From Escherichia coli (GTDB lineage: Bacteria; Pseudomonadota; Gammaproteobacteria; Enterobacterales; Enterobacteriaceae): a stretch of DNA of 64,000 nucleotides. A program made the translations under genes and the position numbers. The stretch lies in NCBI RefSeq assembly GCF_030384885.1, contig NZ_CP128613.1. The stretch is one strand, 5' to 3'. This document shows positions 9,129 to 18,811 of the stretch, piece by piece (within the stretch, counting starts at the first letter, position 1; each line of letters opens with the position of its first letter). Below the pieces are notes generated by a model that saw nothing but the letters and a program-made list of their open reading frames with translations, had not been told where the DNA came from and ran no database searches.

Positions 9129-12100
9129 TTAAAGCTGACGTTGATCCAGACTGCTATATATTGCCTTTATTTCATTTTTTACGCTTTCGCCACGGTACAC
9201 CAAAGACGTATCGTATCGTTGATACTTATCTTCCCGTGCAGCACTGAACCAGTTAAAAGATCCGACACACAGCAGTTCTTCATCCTCAATTACAATTTTG
9301 CTGTGGACACGATTAACCAATTTCGTAGCGATACCCATCTTATTGAGCTTTTCAACAGCATCATTCAGCAGATGTTTTTTCTCCTGACGCTTATCATCAT
9401 CGACATGCGCTATATTGCAGTTTTTATCCGTCACCACAGTAATATCAATGCCCCGGGAACGGGCCAAAGCCATTGATGCCAGAAATCCCGTTTGCTCCAT
9501 TTTTTGCCAGGATAACCAAGGGGAAATAATCGTTATTTTCTTTTGAGCTCCGGCAAGAGTCTTGTTCAAAAATTCATCATGCGGCTCCACGCCATGCAGC
9601 GTTGAAATTTGTGTATGTGCGGAAATTAAATCCTGTCGTTTATGAAACTCAAATTGCAACGCATTATTATCTGAAGAAAAGAGATATTTTGCCAATAACC
9701 CTCGCGGCGAAAATGCGGGCTGCATCTCGATAAGGTCCATATCGCCAAATACCAGAAAACTATCTTTAGCGCGTGAGACAGCAACATTGAGGATACTGCT
9801 GTTGCTATCAAGAAACCTGCCATCTTCATGTTTTGAGTAGACTGGAGAAAAGAGAACAATCGCCCTTTCCGCCCCCTGCAAGGAGTGCACAGTCCCCACT
9901 GTCAGTGAACCCTCCTCGTCTTTGCCATTAATTTCCAGCTTACGCAATGACGTTTTGATAGCATTAACCTGCGCCGAAAATGGCGTCACAACACCAACAA
10001 CTTTGTACAGTGGTTCCCCGTAATGGCGCTCTATATCATCCTTATGTGCCACCAGCCATGCTGCTATTGTTTCAGCTTCAAGAGGGTTATAACGGCTCCC
10101 CCCATTTGGCTTCATGCCTCTACCATCAATATGTAAATATCCCATTGCGGGGAAAATCGTCCCTTTTTCTATCCCTCTTTTAGGCTGCAACTTACCGTGA
10201 TAGCAAAGTGAGTTACAGTAGCCGATGATGTTATTGAAACAGCGACGATGCTCATACAGATACATTCCGCGCTCGAACTTGGGATCATACTGGTAGTGAG
10301 AGTTAAACTGGGCTACCTGCATTACGCTGCCAGATGCTGCACTTTTTCCAGACCCACACACGTGAGTATATGTATTTATTAACTCTTCCTGAGTGCCACC
10401 AGAAATAATATTCTCCTCAAGCATATTGCCCATATCAGTGACGGGTAGACAATTCCAGATTGGAGCTATTTGCTCCGTATCGCCAATCACCAGCGCTTTC
10501 TTCGCCAATGCAAAGGAAGCTGCAGCAACCTCCGGGAGTACCTGCCCGGCTTCATCGACAATCAGTAAATCAGCAAAGTTATATAAATAATTATTATCCG
10601 ATGTTCTATCGCCACCAAAAGATTTTCTTCTGTTCATATGGTAAGGCAACATGTAGCAGGTCATCACCACACAAGGAGTAAGTTTCATTCTTCTTAGCCA
10701 ACGAGCCTCGGCGATAGTTATCCCGGTAATTCCTTTTTCTTTTTGCAAATTATCTATAGCTGCCATATCAATCAGCCAACGCCCCTCCCAATAATGGGTC
10801 GCTACCAAGAACGCTGGAAAACGAATCTGAGTATCGGCAAGTTCATCCGCTCCTGAAAGATTCAATTCATCGTCACCTCTGTAACCCAAAGCATAAGTCA
10901 ACTCACGCCATTGTTTTGCAGCTTCTATTTCGCGTCGGGCTATATCCTTCGCATAGTTGATGTTCTGTTGGCACTCATCCTGCTCCTTTTGCGTTTTAGC
11001 AATCAAACTATCAATAAATTCATCAATATCTTCGGGATAATTTCCCTGGAACGATGTCATTCTTGTGCCAAACGTAGAGTCCAGGAAGAGGTTAATCTGG
11101 TAATGGCGTTTAGTACGAACAGCAGGAAGCCATGACAAAACCGCATACACTAGCGACTCATCAGCACGGTATTGCTGCCACTGCTTTTTACCTCTGGTTA
11201 AAAGTGAAATTTCATTGCCAATATTGAGAAGACGTGTATTTTCGTCCTGAAGATACTGGTCGAGATTCTCACTGATGGCTCGCTGTTCATGGCGGATATC
11301 ATTAAGCCTGCGCCATGCGGGTTCGATTTGCTGAAGTTGAATAAACTGTGAAGTTAAACGTTCATGCAAAAGCGTCACTACATGCTCTGGTGAATTGCAC
11401 TCTCCAGCTCCAAACGCCACCTCCGCTTTTTCAAGGTAAAATGCCCGGGCTTTTTCCAGATATTCCTGGGATTCAACGTGGTTAAAAAAATCTTCAGTCT
11501 GGTATTTCTTCGCAGCCTCAACCTGACGGCTTTTAGACGGAAAATAAGCGCCATAGCTTATTACCTCCGGCAACCAACGACCAGCCATTACGCCAAAACC
11601 AGTAGAGAAATCTTTTCCAAAGGCTTCAATAATATTGGTGACGGCCTGATTGTTAGTTGATGTGGCAATAATTACAGGAGGTTCAGCTTGATTAAGTGCG
11701 GCTCTAGTCCATTCGGTGGCGATAATAGAAAGCACCAGCGTAGTTTTACCCGTTCCCGGAGGACCGTTAACAGCGAGCATATCCCCCTGCTGTTGAGTCA
11801 GATAATGGCTCAGGGCATCGCGCTGCGCCACTGCCAGCGGAAACTTATCGCCGGAATGCCCCAGACGTTCGCAGAACATAGCATTCTTAGCGAGAAGTGG
11901 CTCTAGTGGAACCATTTCATTTGAGGCAAAACGCGTTAATAGAGGAACCTTAACCTGGCTCATCAGCAGATGGTCATACAAAGGCAGGATATGAACACTG
12001 GCCCCTACATGCTGGCTAGCTTTAACAATATAACCGTATCCAGCCCGTTCGTATGGCTCAGATGTAGCGACCCAATTTCCAGCGACGTTTCTTAAAAGGT

Positions 12101-12644
12101 TATCTGACTGTTGAAGATAATTTTGCCAATGCTGACGATACCTGGCATGGCGTTCCGCTTTCTCTTCGTCAGTTTCTTCGTAATGTTCTGGTTGACCTTC
12201 ATTAATGGTGGCTGTGTTATGCGTAGTTTTGTATTTGTCATATTGCACCAACTCACCAATAGAAAAATGACCGGAAGGGAGAGGTTCAAGCAGATCGCGG
12301 GGAATAGTGGCTGAAGCGGCAGGAAACAAAAAACCTTCCCTATTAAGAAGAGCGGAGGTAACCAGTGGCGTAATAATTGCGGGTGCACCTGCCGTTTGCT
12401 CTTTGCCATGCTTTACAATGCGGTTCCATACCTGGGGCCGTAACACGACTTCAACGTTTTTTACAGACTCCCCTTCACCGTCAAAAAATGCCCGAATAGT
12501 TTCGTCATCCAACTGCCCTGCGCTGATATTTATCCACCGAATGAATGATTCTGTATCTTTACGTGAAAACGTTCCTTTGCCAGATTCGGCGTCAGCTAAG
12601 GAGTTGCGCCAGTATGAAGTGAATCCCAATGTATTGCTGTCCAT
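9129..12644 (-). CDS. Large helicase-nuclease fusion: N-terminal unknown region, SF1 Upf1/DNA2-like helicase, C-terminal PLD (HKD) nuclease; type II Mokosh-like defence candidate
   Basis: 1171-aa ORF, ATG at 12644. Walker [13 protein letters not shown], Walker [10 protein letters not shown], helicase motif [18 protein letters not shown]-terminal HKD motif [19 protein letters not shown]. Confidence 0.85.
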   Translation of the reverse strand: MDSNTLGFTSYWRNSLADAESGKGTFSRKDTESFIRWINISAGQLDDETIRAFFDGEGESVKNVEVVLRPQVWNRIVKHGKEQTAGAPAIITPLVTSALLNREGFLFPAASATIPRDLLEPLPSGHFSIGELVQYDKYKTTHNTATINEGQPEHYEETDEEKAERHARYRQHWQNYLQQSDNLLRNVAGNWVATSEPYERAGYGYIVKASQHVGASVHILPLYDHLLMSQVKVPLLTRFASNEMVPLEPLLAKNAMFCERLGHSGDKFPLAVAQRDALSHYLTQQQGDMLAVNGPPGTGKTTLVLSIIATEWTRAALNQAEPPVIIATSTNNQAVTNIIEAFGKDFSTGFGVMAGRWLPEVISYGAYFPSKSRQVEAAKKYQTEDFFNHVESQEYLEKARAFYLEKAEVAFGAGECNSPEHVVTLLHERLTSQFIQLQQIEPAWRRLNDIRHEQRAISENLDQYLQDENTRLLNIGNEISLLTRGKKQWQQYRADESLVYAVLSWLPAVRTKRHYQINLFLDSTFGTRMTSFQGNYPEDIDEFIDSLIAKTQKEQDECQQNINYAKDIARREIEAAKQWRELTYALGYRGDDELNLSGADELADTQIRFPAFLVATHYWEGRWLIDMAAIDNLQKEKGITGITIAEARWLRRMKLTPCVVMTCYMLPYHMNRRKSFGGDRTSDNNYLYNFADLLIVDEAGQVLPEVAAASFALAKKALVIGDTEQIAPIWNCLPVTDMGNMLEENIISGGTQEELINTYTHVCGSGKSAASGSVMQVAQFNSHYQYDPKFERGMYLYEHRRCFNNIIGYCNSLCYHGKLQPKRGIEKGTIFPAMGYLHIDGRGMKPNGGSRYNPLEAETIAAWLVAHKDDIERHYGEPLYKVVGVVTPFSAQVNAIKTSLRKLEINGKDEEGSLTVGTVHSLQGAERAIVLFSPVYSKHEDGRFLDSNSSILNVAVSRAKDSFLVFGDMDLIEMQPAFSPRGLLAKYLFSSDNNALQFEFHKRQDLISAHTQISTLHGVEPHDEFLNKTLAGAQKKITIISPWLSWQKMEQTGFLASMALARSRGIDITVVTDKNCNIAHVDDDKRQEKKHLLNDAVEKLNKMGIATKLVNRVHSKIVIEDEELLCVGSFNWFSAAREDKYQRYDTSLVYRGESVKNEIKAIYSSLDQRQL

Positions 12645-12837
12645 TTCTCATTCCGTGACATAATAGAAATCATTGATTTCATTGATGTAAATATTACTTA
12701 TGATTAAACATTGTCCACGATGCGAGCGCGATCGCAATAAATATTGTGCCTGGAGGATGGATTAGATTTTCTGAAAGAGCTAAATCCTTAATAGATAAAC
12801 GCGTACATACTTGGTTCGGTATTCTTAAGGGATTTAA

Positions 12838-12961
12838 TATGGATTGAACCAGGTTGACGTTAGTTGAAAAAAACAGTGGAAAAGATTTGTGTGGCGCGGA
12901 TTTCAGGCATAAAAAAAGACCTCAGTTGAGGTCTATTTACATACTTTTGGTGCGAAGGCCG
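12838..12961. repeat. Direct repeat copy 1 (island-distal att-like site): leuX 3' flank plus 14 nt of tRNA 3' end
   Basis: 12894-12953 is a 60-bp perfect copy of 22361-22420; about 55 bp upstream shows roughly 85 percent similarity; ends in TGGTGCGAAGGCCG, matching the leuX 3' end with a 1-nt deletion. Confidence 0.8.
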
Positions 12962-13077
12962 CACCGCGATTCCAGACTCAACAATATGAAATCAATGGAC
13001 TTTTAAAAATGCGAAGTTACTTTGTATACTCACATGTATACTCAGTACCATTTCTTAAGAAATCAATTCATTCAATA

Positions 13078-13875
13078 CTACTCATCATCGTCTTCCACTG
13101 GTTCCAGCACATCAAGCGCAACTCTCACCATAGCGATAGAACCAATACGAATGAAAGCATCTTCTCCATCTTCGTCGGTTATCATAAAACGAACCGTGGT
13201 TTCAGGCTCGCAATCCAGCGCGTCAAAAAAAGCATTCAACTGGCCGATATCATCCGTCTCTTCGTTTTGCGGCGCATCTGGCTCAACACTCAGTGGAATC
13301 ACTGGTCCGCCGTTTACCAGCGTGATATGGACATTAAAATAATCGTCTTCGTAGGCATCATCCTCTTCGTCAACGATTGGCCGCAGACCATCAGAAAGGA
13401 ACTGATGAAATACCACTTCACGCATATTTAACGCATAACGATACTCGGAAGAATCAAAAACGAAGAAGCGTTCTATGTTTGGAGTGTTTTTTTCCTGAAA
13501 ATAATAATAAAACCTCCGCTTATCCACTGCTGAAATGGGCAACAGCAAATAGTCCCGCTGCCCCTGTAGCCAAAGTTTTACGGTCCAGAGACCGCTATCC
13601 ATTTCAATGCCGCTTGTGGCTATAGCCTCAAGATCTTCATCAGTTTTACGACGCTTTTTGCGGAAGTCATTTATCAACCGATCGCTTTCCGGGAACACTA
13701 CGTTTAGAGGCTTATCCAGAGCATTACATATTGCCTGTGCGAGCCCCAGCTTTGCAGCAACCTTCCCGGTTTCGATACGCTGAATTTGTTGCTGGCTGGT
13801 GCCGACCATAAACGCCAGCTCGCGCTGGGTGATAGATAGCTGGGTACGGAGCTGTTTGATGTTGTTCTGTAACAT
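13078..13875 (-). CDS. XRE-family HTH domain fused to an acidic C-terminal domain of unknown function
   Basis: N-terminal helix-turn-helix LSITQRELAFMVGTSQQQIQRIETGK; about 200-aa C-terminal region ending VEDDDE; preferred start ATG 13875 with GAAGGA RBS (alternative 13884). Confidence 0.7.
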   Translation of the reverse strand: MLQNNIKQLRTQLSITQRELAFMVGTSQQQIQRIETGKVAAKLGLAQAICNALDKPLNVVFPESDRLINDFRKKRRKTDEDLEAIATSGIEMDSGLWTVKLWLQGQRDYLLLPISAVDKRRFYYYFQEKNTPNIERFFVFDSSEYRYALNMREVVFHQFLSDGLRPIVDEEDDAYEDDYFNVHITLVNGGPVIPLSVEPDAPQNEETDDIGQLNAFFDALDCEPETTVRFMITDEDGEDAFIRIGSIAMVRVALDVLEPVEDDDE

Positions 13876-13989
13876 GGCATCCATCCTTCAGAAGGAGTAG
13901 AAAGTGCCATTAAAACACAAAATTGAGTATAAACACATAATCGTGTTTATACTCACTAATCAACACCCTTGAACGAAAAGAAAATCTCT

Positions 13990-14265
13990 TCATCGTTCTT
14001 CTCTAGTATGCCAGAGATCGACTATATAAATGTCATTGTCACGAAGTTCGTAGTGAACCTCATGGTCATCAAATAACACTTTTCGGACTTCCCGAGGTTC
14101 ATACCGAGTCTGCTGTACGCCAATTGCCGGATGTGCTGTAAGACCAGCACAACCAGTAATCAGGCGATCCAAAACGTCATCGGCGTGCTGGCGGCTATAC
14201 TGAAGGGCGAAACGGTAGATACGCTCAAGGTCATCCTGAGCTTTAAGCGTCCAGTAAATTTCCAT
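13990..14265 (-). CDS. ParE/RelE-superfamily toxin
   Basis: 91 aa, C-terminal IYIVDLWHTREER typical of ParE; starts 3 nt after the upstream RHH gene stop. Confidence 0.75.
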   Translation of the reverse strand: MEIYWTLKAQDDLERIYRFALQYSRQHADDVLDRLITGCAGLTAHPAIGVQQTRYEPREVRKVLFDDHEVHYELRDNDIYIVDLWHTREER

Positions 14266-14268
14266 TAA

Positions 14269-14517
14269 TCAGGATTTCTTTAAGCGATTAGCAAAATCCA
14301 CCATGTCCGAGTGGCTCACCACGCGACCGGCATCCACATCCGCAAGACCGGCCTGGATGCTCTGGTGACGCCGTTCTCTTTCGGCCAGCATACTGGTCAA
14401 CGCTTCCTTAATAATCCAGCTCTTAGAACGATCTAACTCAATTGCCAGATTCTCAACAGCAGCGGCCAATTCAATAGGTATCTGTGCGCTGATGGTTTGT
14501 TTAGTAAGCGAACCCAT
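14269..14517 (-). CDS. Ribbon-helix-helix (ParD/CopG-like) antitoxin
   Basis: Small ORF directly upstream of the ParE-like gene; RHH-like N-terminus; start at 14517 (GAGGT RBS) preferred over the ORF-track start 14541. Confidence 0.65.
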   Translation of the reverse strand: MGSLTKQTISAQIPIELAAAVENLAIELDRSKSWIIKEALTSMLAERERRHQSIQAGLADVDAGRVVSHSDMVDFANRLKKS

Positions 14518-14592
14518 AGGGATTACCTCGTTTAATAACATTTAATAACTCCTATTAATATTAGCATAAAGGTGCTTATAAAAACATCAATC

Positions 14593-15426
14593 TCATTTCG
14601 CAGGTAACATCCCCGGAAAGTGCTTCGCCACGATATCATTCATCTTCTCCACCAGATCCAGGCGTTTGAAAGTGATATGCCCACTGCCCTTCTGAAAGTA
14701 GCGAATAGTGAACAACTCATCTTCGAAAATCTGCTGATGCGGATTATCGCGCACAAAATCCATAAACCGGATGGAGACATCATGCCGGTTATCAGGAATG
14801 GTCTTTCCATCCAGCAGGTAGAACATCCGTTCCAGATCGGCAAGCTGATCTCTCCGCCAGCCCCAGTTCAGGCTGTAGCCCCATCTGTCATGCTTCACCA
14901 GATTGTTAACGATAATCTTCTTACCGAAATAACAGGGATTATTGGTTTTGTAATCCCAGCTCAATCCCTTAAATACATTGATAATCCCACGTTCGAAAAC
15001 GTCCTGCTTATTGTGGTGGAGTTGTTCAAAGGTACTCAGGATGTTGGCTTCGCTAATCGCCGGGAGATCGCCCTCCTCCAGGTTCTTTGCCCACTGACTG
15101 CGGGCTTCGGCATCCATCAAGGTCAACATCCCGGACTTCAGCATGAGATCGCGCCAGATGCTGCGATCGATATTGCGGGTGATCACCGGCATGGCTTTAT
15201 CCACCGGCTGCACCAGCCAGCAGTCGAAGGAATGGCCCTGACGCATCGCCCAATGCTCCGCCACATCACCACCGATGCTGGAGGTTAGCCGTGAGATATC
15301 ATCAAGCTTATGGATCAGGATTTCTATCAGACTCAACGCAGCATCACGACCCGTCACGATACGCTCAACACTGGTCGAGCAAATTAGCTCGTTATGATCG
15401 GTTAAGACTTCAGCTTCTGTTTGCAT
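14593..15426 (-). CDS. Conserved hypothetical protein of the type commonly encoded downstream of cbtA-family toxin genes (possibly DUF4942-like)
   Basis: 277 aa from ATG 15426 (ORF-track TTG start at 15450); no motif I can assign; position after CbtA-like toxin. Confidence 0.6.
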   Translation of the reverse strand: MQTEAEVLTDHNELICSTSVERIVTGRDAALSLIEILIHKLDDISRLTSSIGGDVAEHWAMRQGHSFDCWLVQPVDKAMPVITRNIDRSIWRDLMLKSGMLTLMDAEARSQWAKNLEEGDLPAISEANILSTFEQLHHNKQDVFERGIINVFKGLSWDYKTNNPCYFGKKIIVNNLVKHDRWGYSLNWGWRRDQLADLERMFYLLDGKTIPDNRHDVSIRFMDFVRDNPHQQIFEDELFTIRYFQKGSGHITFKRLDLVEKMNDIVAKHFPGMLPAK

Positions 15427-15540
15427 AATCTTTTGTCCGTATAAAAGCAAATGCGCCAGCCATGAACAGCAGGCGCATTATGCAGGGAGTTATGAGGGAA
15501 GTAATTTTGGCGATGTAAATCGGGAAGGAGACTCGCAGAT

Positions 15541-15882
15541 TCACCGTGCCGTGGTGTTATGGCAGCGACGCAGCAGACCTGTAGCCTGCCGCGCCCGCAA
15601 AATATCGACCGCACGAAGATAAGGCGTCTGTTCCCGCCAGCTAAATCCTTTCCTGTCGATACGGATCAATTCGTACTTCTCCACCAGAAAATTGATGGCA
15701 TCAACCAGAGTGATCCCGGCGTCTATGTGTTCCTGAATCACCTTTTCATTGTTGAATGGTGTGTCATTAAGGTTCAGTCCGTAGTGCTGCTCCAGCAGGC
15801 GGGCCAGTAATGTTTGCCAGACCACGACGGGCGACAGATATGACGTCGTCGCCCGCAGCGTCGTTGCAGGAATAATTTTCAT
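15541..15882 (-). CDS. CbtA/YeeV/YkfI-family toxin
   Basis: 113 aa, [60 protein letters not shown] resembles YeeV/YkfI/YpjF. Confidence 0.8.
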   Translation of the reverse strand: MKIIPATTLRATTSYLSPVVVWQTLLARLLEQHYGLNLNDTPFNNEKVIQEHIDAGITLVDAINFLVEKYELIRIDRKGFSWREQTPYLRAVDILRARQATGLLRRCHNTTAR

Positions 15883-15912
15883 AACGATGTTCCGTATTAA
15901 GGAGGTTAAAAC

Positions 15913-16248
15913 TCAGCGTTGAGTGGGATAAATAGCGATATAGACGTAACCACAGGAACCCAGCGTATCGGCTTCGCAGGTTAGTCCTTTGGCGTATAGC
16001 GTGACGGTACGTTGTTGGCAGGGGGAGAGTTCACCGTCAGCCAGTTTCAGCTCCAGTTGTTTCATCAACACCGGAAAAGCCTGGTCGATATGCAGCAGAT
16101 CCGGGGAGCTGAATTTCCCGGTAATTGCGGCCCGATCAGCCAGGTAATGCAGGTTATGTCTTTCCTGTACCAGTCGAGCAGTGAAGCGTGGTGTTACGGT
16201 ACAGGGAAGCCCCCATTCTTGTTGCATGACCTTGTCCTTTTGCAGCAT
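15913..16248 (-). CDS. CbeA/YeeU/YafW-family antitoxin
   Basis: 111 aa, WGLPCTVTPRFTARLVQERHNLHYLADRAAI...TVTLYAKGLTCEADTLGSCGYVYIAIYP resembles YeeU/YfjZ; directly upstream of the toxin. Confidence 0.8.
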   Translation of the reverse strand: MLQKDKVMQQEWGLPCTVTPRFTARLVQERHNLHYLADRAAITGKFSSPDLLHIDQAFPVLMKQLELKLADGELSPCQQRTVTLYAKGLTCEADTLGSCGYVYIAIYPTQR

Positions 16249-16360
16249 TACAGCCAGCCCCGTTCGGCAAAAGAGAGGACATCCCCCGCCCCAATAATGA
16301 AATGATCCAGCACCCTCACTTTCACCAAATCCAGTGTCTTAACAATATTCGTTGTAATAA

Positions 16361-16909
16361 GTCTGTCGGCCCGACTGGGTTCCCTATGAGGTTGTCACGC
16401 ACACCACAGAATTCCTGCGCGAAGGCATCAAACGGGAGAAATTAAGCGACGCACAAATCCGCGAACTGGAAGAACAAGGCATAGATCCCAATACGCTGGA
16501 GTTTGATGGTAAGGCGCTGGATGAGGCGATCTACAACAAAGACACCAACCGCTATATCCTGCGTAACCTGATGGAAAATGGCCTGAAAGATCGGGACGGC
16601 CAGTTGCCTGGTAAAACCATCATTTTCGCCCGTAACCACAAACACGCGCTGCTGTTGAATGAATTGTTCGACGATATGTACCCGGAAGGGATTGATGCTG
16701 GCGTTGATTTTAAAGATCGCACGCAGGCGGCGTTTGTTGTACCAAAAGAAGATATTGCTGCGCAGAAATACGACCTCTCTATTAATCGTTATAAAGAAGT
16801 GGTGTATCAGGCTGAGGAGTATGAAGATCCGAAAGTGATACTGAAGCGGTTAAAAGATCTGGAAAATGAGATTCTGGCGGATCTGAATGAGCTGGAGGGA
16901 ATGCTGTGA
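16361..16909 (+). pseudogene. 5'-truncated remnant of the R-M gene that precedes hsdS (hsdM-like C-terminus)
   Basis: In-frame coding sequence from 16361 with no start until ATG 16571; C-terminal KYDLSINRYKE motif; stop overlaps hsdS start (GTGA at 16906-16909). Confidence 0.5.
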
Positions 16910-18090
16910 GTTGGCCGTTAGGAAAAGTTTCCGATATTGCTGCTGTTATATCCGGTTTTGCTTTTAAAAGCGAATGGTTTGGTACAGGAGACGCAAAGGT
17001 TATCCGAATTGGCGATCTTAAGAACGGAAAAATCGATCTTAGTGATGCAATGATCTTTGATCATAAAACTAATAAAGTTCGCGAACAATTTAGAATCAAA
17101 AGCGGCGATATTTTAATGGCTCTTTCTGGCGCAACTGTTGGGAAGATCGCAGTTGCTGATGCTGAAGCTGAAGGTGCATATCTTAATCAACGAGTAGCAG
17201 TGATTCGAGGGCGAAATCATGAAAATGCAGAATATTTAAAATACGTATTTTCAGGACACCCTCTCCAAAAACTACTCCTAAATGCAGGTGGTGCGGCACA
17301 GCCAAATCTTAGCTCTAAAGACTTGGCAGAGATGGAAATACCTATTCCCCCTCTTACCGAACAAAAAAGAATCTCAACCATACTTGATAAAGTAAATGGC
17401 ATACGTCAAAAGCGCGAGCAAGCCATAAAGCTGGCTGATAATTTTTTGCATACCATTTTTCATGAGATGTTTGGCGATCCTGTTAAAAACCCGAAGGGAT
17501 GGGATGTCGCCTCTTTATTAGAATATGGTTCATTCAAAAATGGAATGAATTTTTCAAAAGGTGAATTGGGATCTGCTTTGAAGTGCCTAGGAGTTGGTGA
17601 TTTCAAATCACTGGCAACGATTACCTGTATGGACAATATCGGTGAAATTGAATTAAATACTCTTCCTTCGGATGATTATCTTTTGAAAGATGGTGATATT
17701 GTCTTTGTCCGTTCTAATGGTAATAAAGCCTTGGTCGGAAGATGTCTTACTATTTATCCAAACAAAGAGAAAGTCACATTTAGTGGGTTTTGCATTCGAT
17801 ACAGAATAAAAAATCCTGCAATCACGCCAGAATATCTCAACTTCCTTTTCCGTACACCGTCAATGAAACAGCAAATGTTGAGCGGGGGCCAAGGGGCTAA
17901 TATTCAGAATATTAGCCAAGGTACCTTATCTGCACTCAGGATACCTGTACCTCCATTGGATAAACAACTTGCTTTTGCCAGATTGGTTGATTTCCATGCA
18001 TCTATTGTGAAAAAACAATATGATAAAATGGCTGAATCCGAAAAACTCTTCAATGCCTTGACTGGTGATTTTTTCACATTTAATGAGTGA
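16906..18090 (+). CDS. hsdS: Type I restriction-modification specificity subunit HsdS
   Basis: 394 aa, two target-recognition-like halves with conserved spacer motifs (NQRVAVIRG, LPPLTEQKRI, IPVPPLDKQ); GTG start with RBS GGAGGGA. Confidence 0.85.
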   Translation: MSWPLGKVSDIAAVISGFAFKSEWFGTGDAKVIRIGDLKNGKIDLSDAMIFDHKTNKVREQFRIKSGDILMALSGATVGKIAVADAEAEGAYLNQRVAVIRGRNHENAEYLKYVFSGHPLQKLLLNAGGAAQPNLSSKDLAEMEIPIPPLTEQKRISTILDKVNGIRQKREQAIKLADNFLHTIFHEMFGDPVKNPKGWDVASLLEYGSFKNGMNFSKGELGSALKCLGVGDFKSLATITCMDNIGEIELNTLPSDDYLLKDGDIVFVRSNGNKALVGRCLTIYPNKEKVTFSGFCIRYRIKNPAITPEYLNFLFRTPSMKQQMLSGGQGANIQNISQGTLSALRIPVPPLDKQLAFARLVDFHASIVKKQYDKMAESEKLFNALTGDFFTFNE

Positions 18091-18145
18091 TGGTTTATAG
18101 GATAACTCATTCATTACAAAATTTATTAAATACATAGAGGGGCAA

Positions 18146-18691
18146 ATGGGTACATATATCTCAGATAAAACAGAAACATGTTTTGATGAATATTCTTTAA
18201 TCGAAAAAGTCGGGGATGGCTATAAGATTAGTGTGTACTCATTTAAGCTTCATACAGGAAATCCTTACCAGCCACATATATCAGAAAGTTATAGTGGTGA
18301 TATTTTTATTAGCTATTTGTACTATGGAAATGATTCTTATTACGAGCGCAGACGTCAGGAATACAGAAAATATTTATCATTAAAAGAAATCCACCTTGCT
18401 ATTCTAAAGATGTTTCCAGATGAGCGAAGAATTGCGATAGGTATAAAAAAAGAAAATTACAGTACCGTAAAAATAACTTATGCGGCAGCGGATGAAGTAT
18501 ATCTTCTTGATATTAAAAATAAAGAGACATTATTGTTAGATAATATATTATGTCTATATGATGTTATTTATAAGCATGAAAGCAACATTAATAAATTGGA
18601 AGGCGAGTTAGCAAGTAGTAAAAAAGAACTCCAAAGTATGAAGATAGATATAAAAGAAAAATGTAAATCTATTCTTGATATTGTTGATTAG
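18146..18691 (+). CDS. Hypothetical protein, AT-rich, predicted C-terminal coiled coil
   Basis: 181-aa ORF, ATG 18146 with RBS AGAGGGG; markedly lower GC than neighbours; no recognisable motif. Confidence 0.55.
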   Translation: MGTYISDKTETCFDEYSLIEKVGDGYKISVYSFKLHTGNPYQPHISESYSGDIFISYLYYGNDSYYERRRQEYRKYLSLKEIHLAILKMFPDERRIAIGIKKENYSTVKITYAAADEVYLLDIKNKETLLLDNILCLYDVIYKHESNINKLEGELASSKKELQSMKIDIKEKCKSILDIVD

Positions 18692-18811
18692 TAAAAACAA
18701 CCCCAGTGGCAATAATTCATTGATATGGAACTCTTCTAATGGCTGAAATATTTTCTTTGCGTTATGATGTTTTGTTCTACAGCCTTGAGATTTCACGTCA
18801 GGAAAGTAACC

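Noticed and set aside
12948-12961. Possible second tRNA gene at the island-distal repeat
   Set aside because: Only 14 nt of the leuX 3' end are present with a 1-nt deletion; this is an att remnant, not a tRNA
16361-16909. Truncated gene upstream of hsdS as a helicase (hsdR) fragment
   Set aside because: A GKTIIFA-like stretch resembles a helicase motif, but no other helicase motifs follow and the C-terminus plus overlap with hsdS fit an hsdM 3' end better; kept as R-M remnant with reduced confidence
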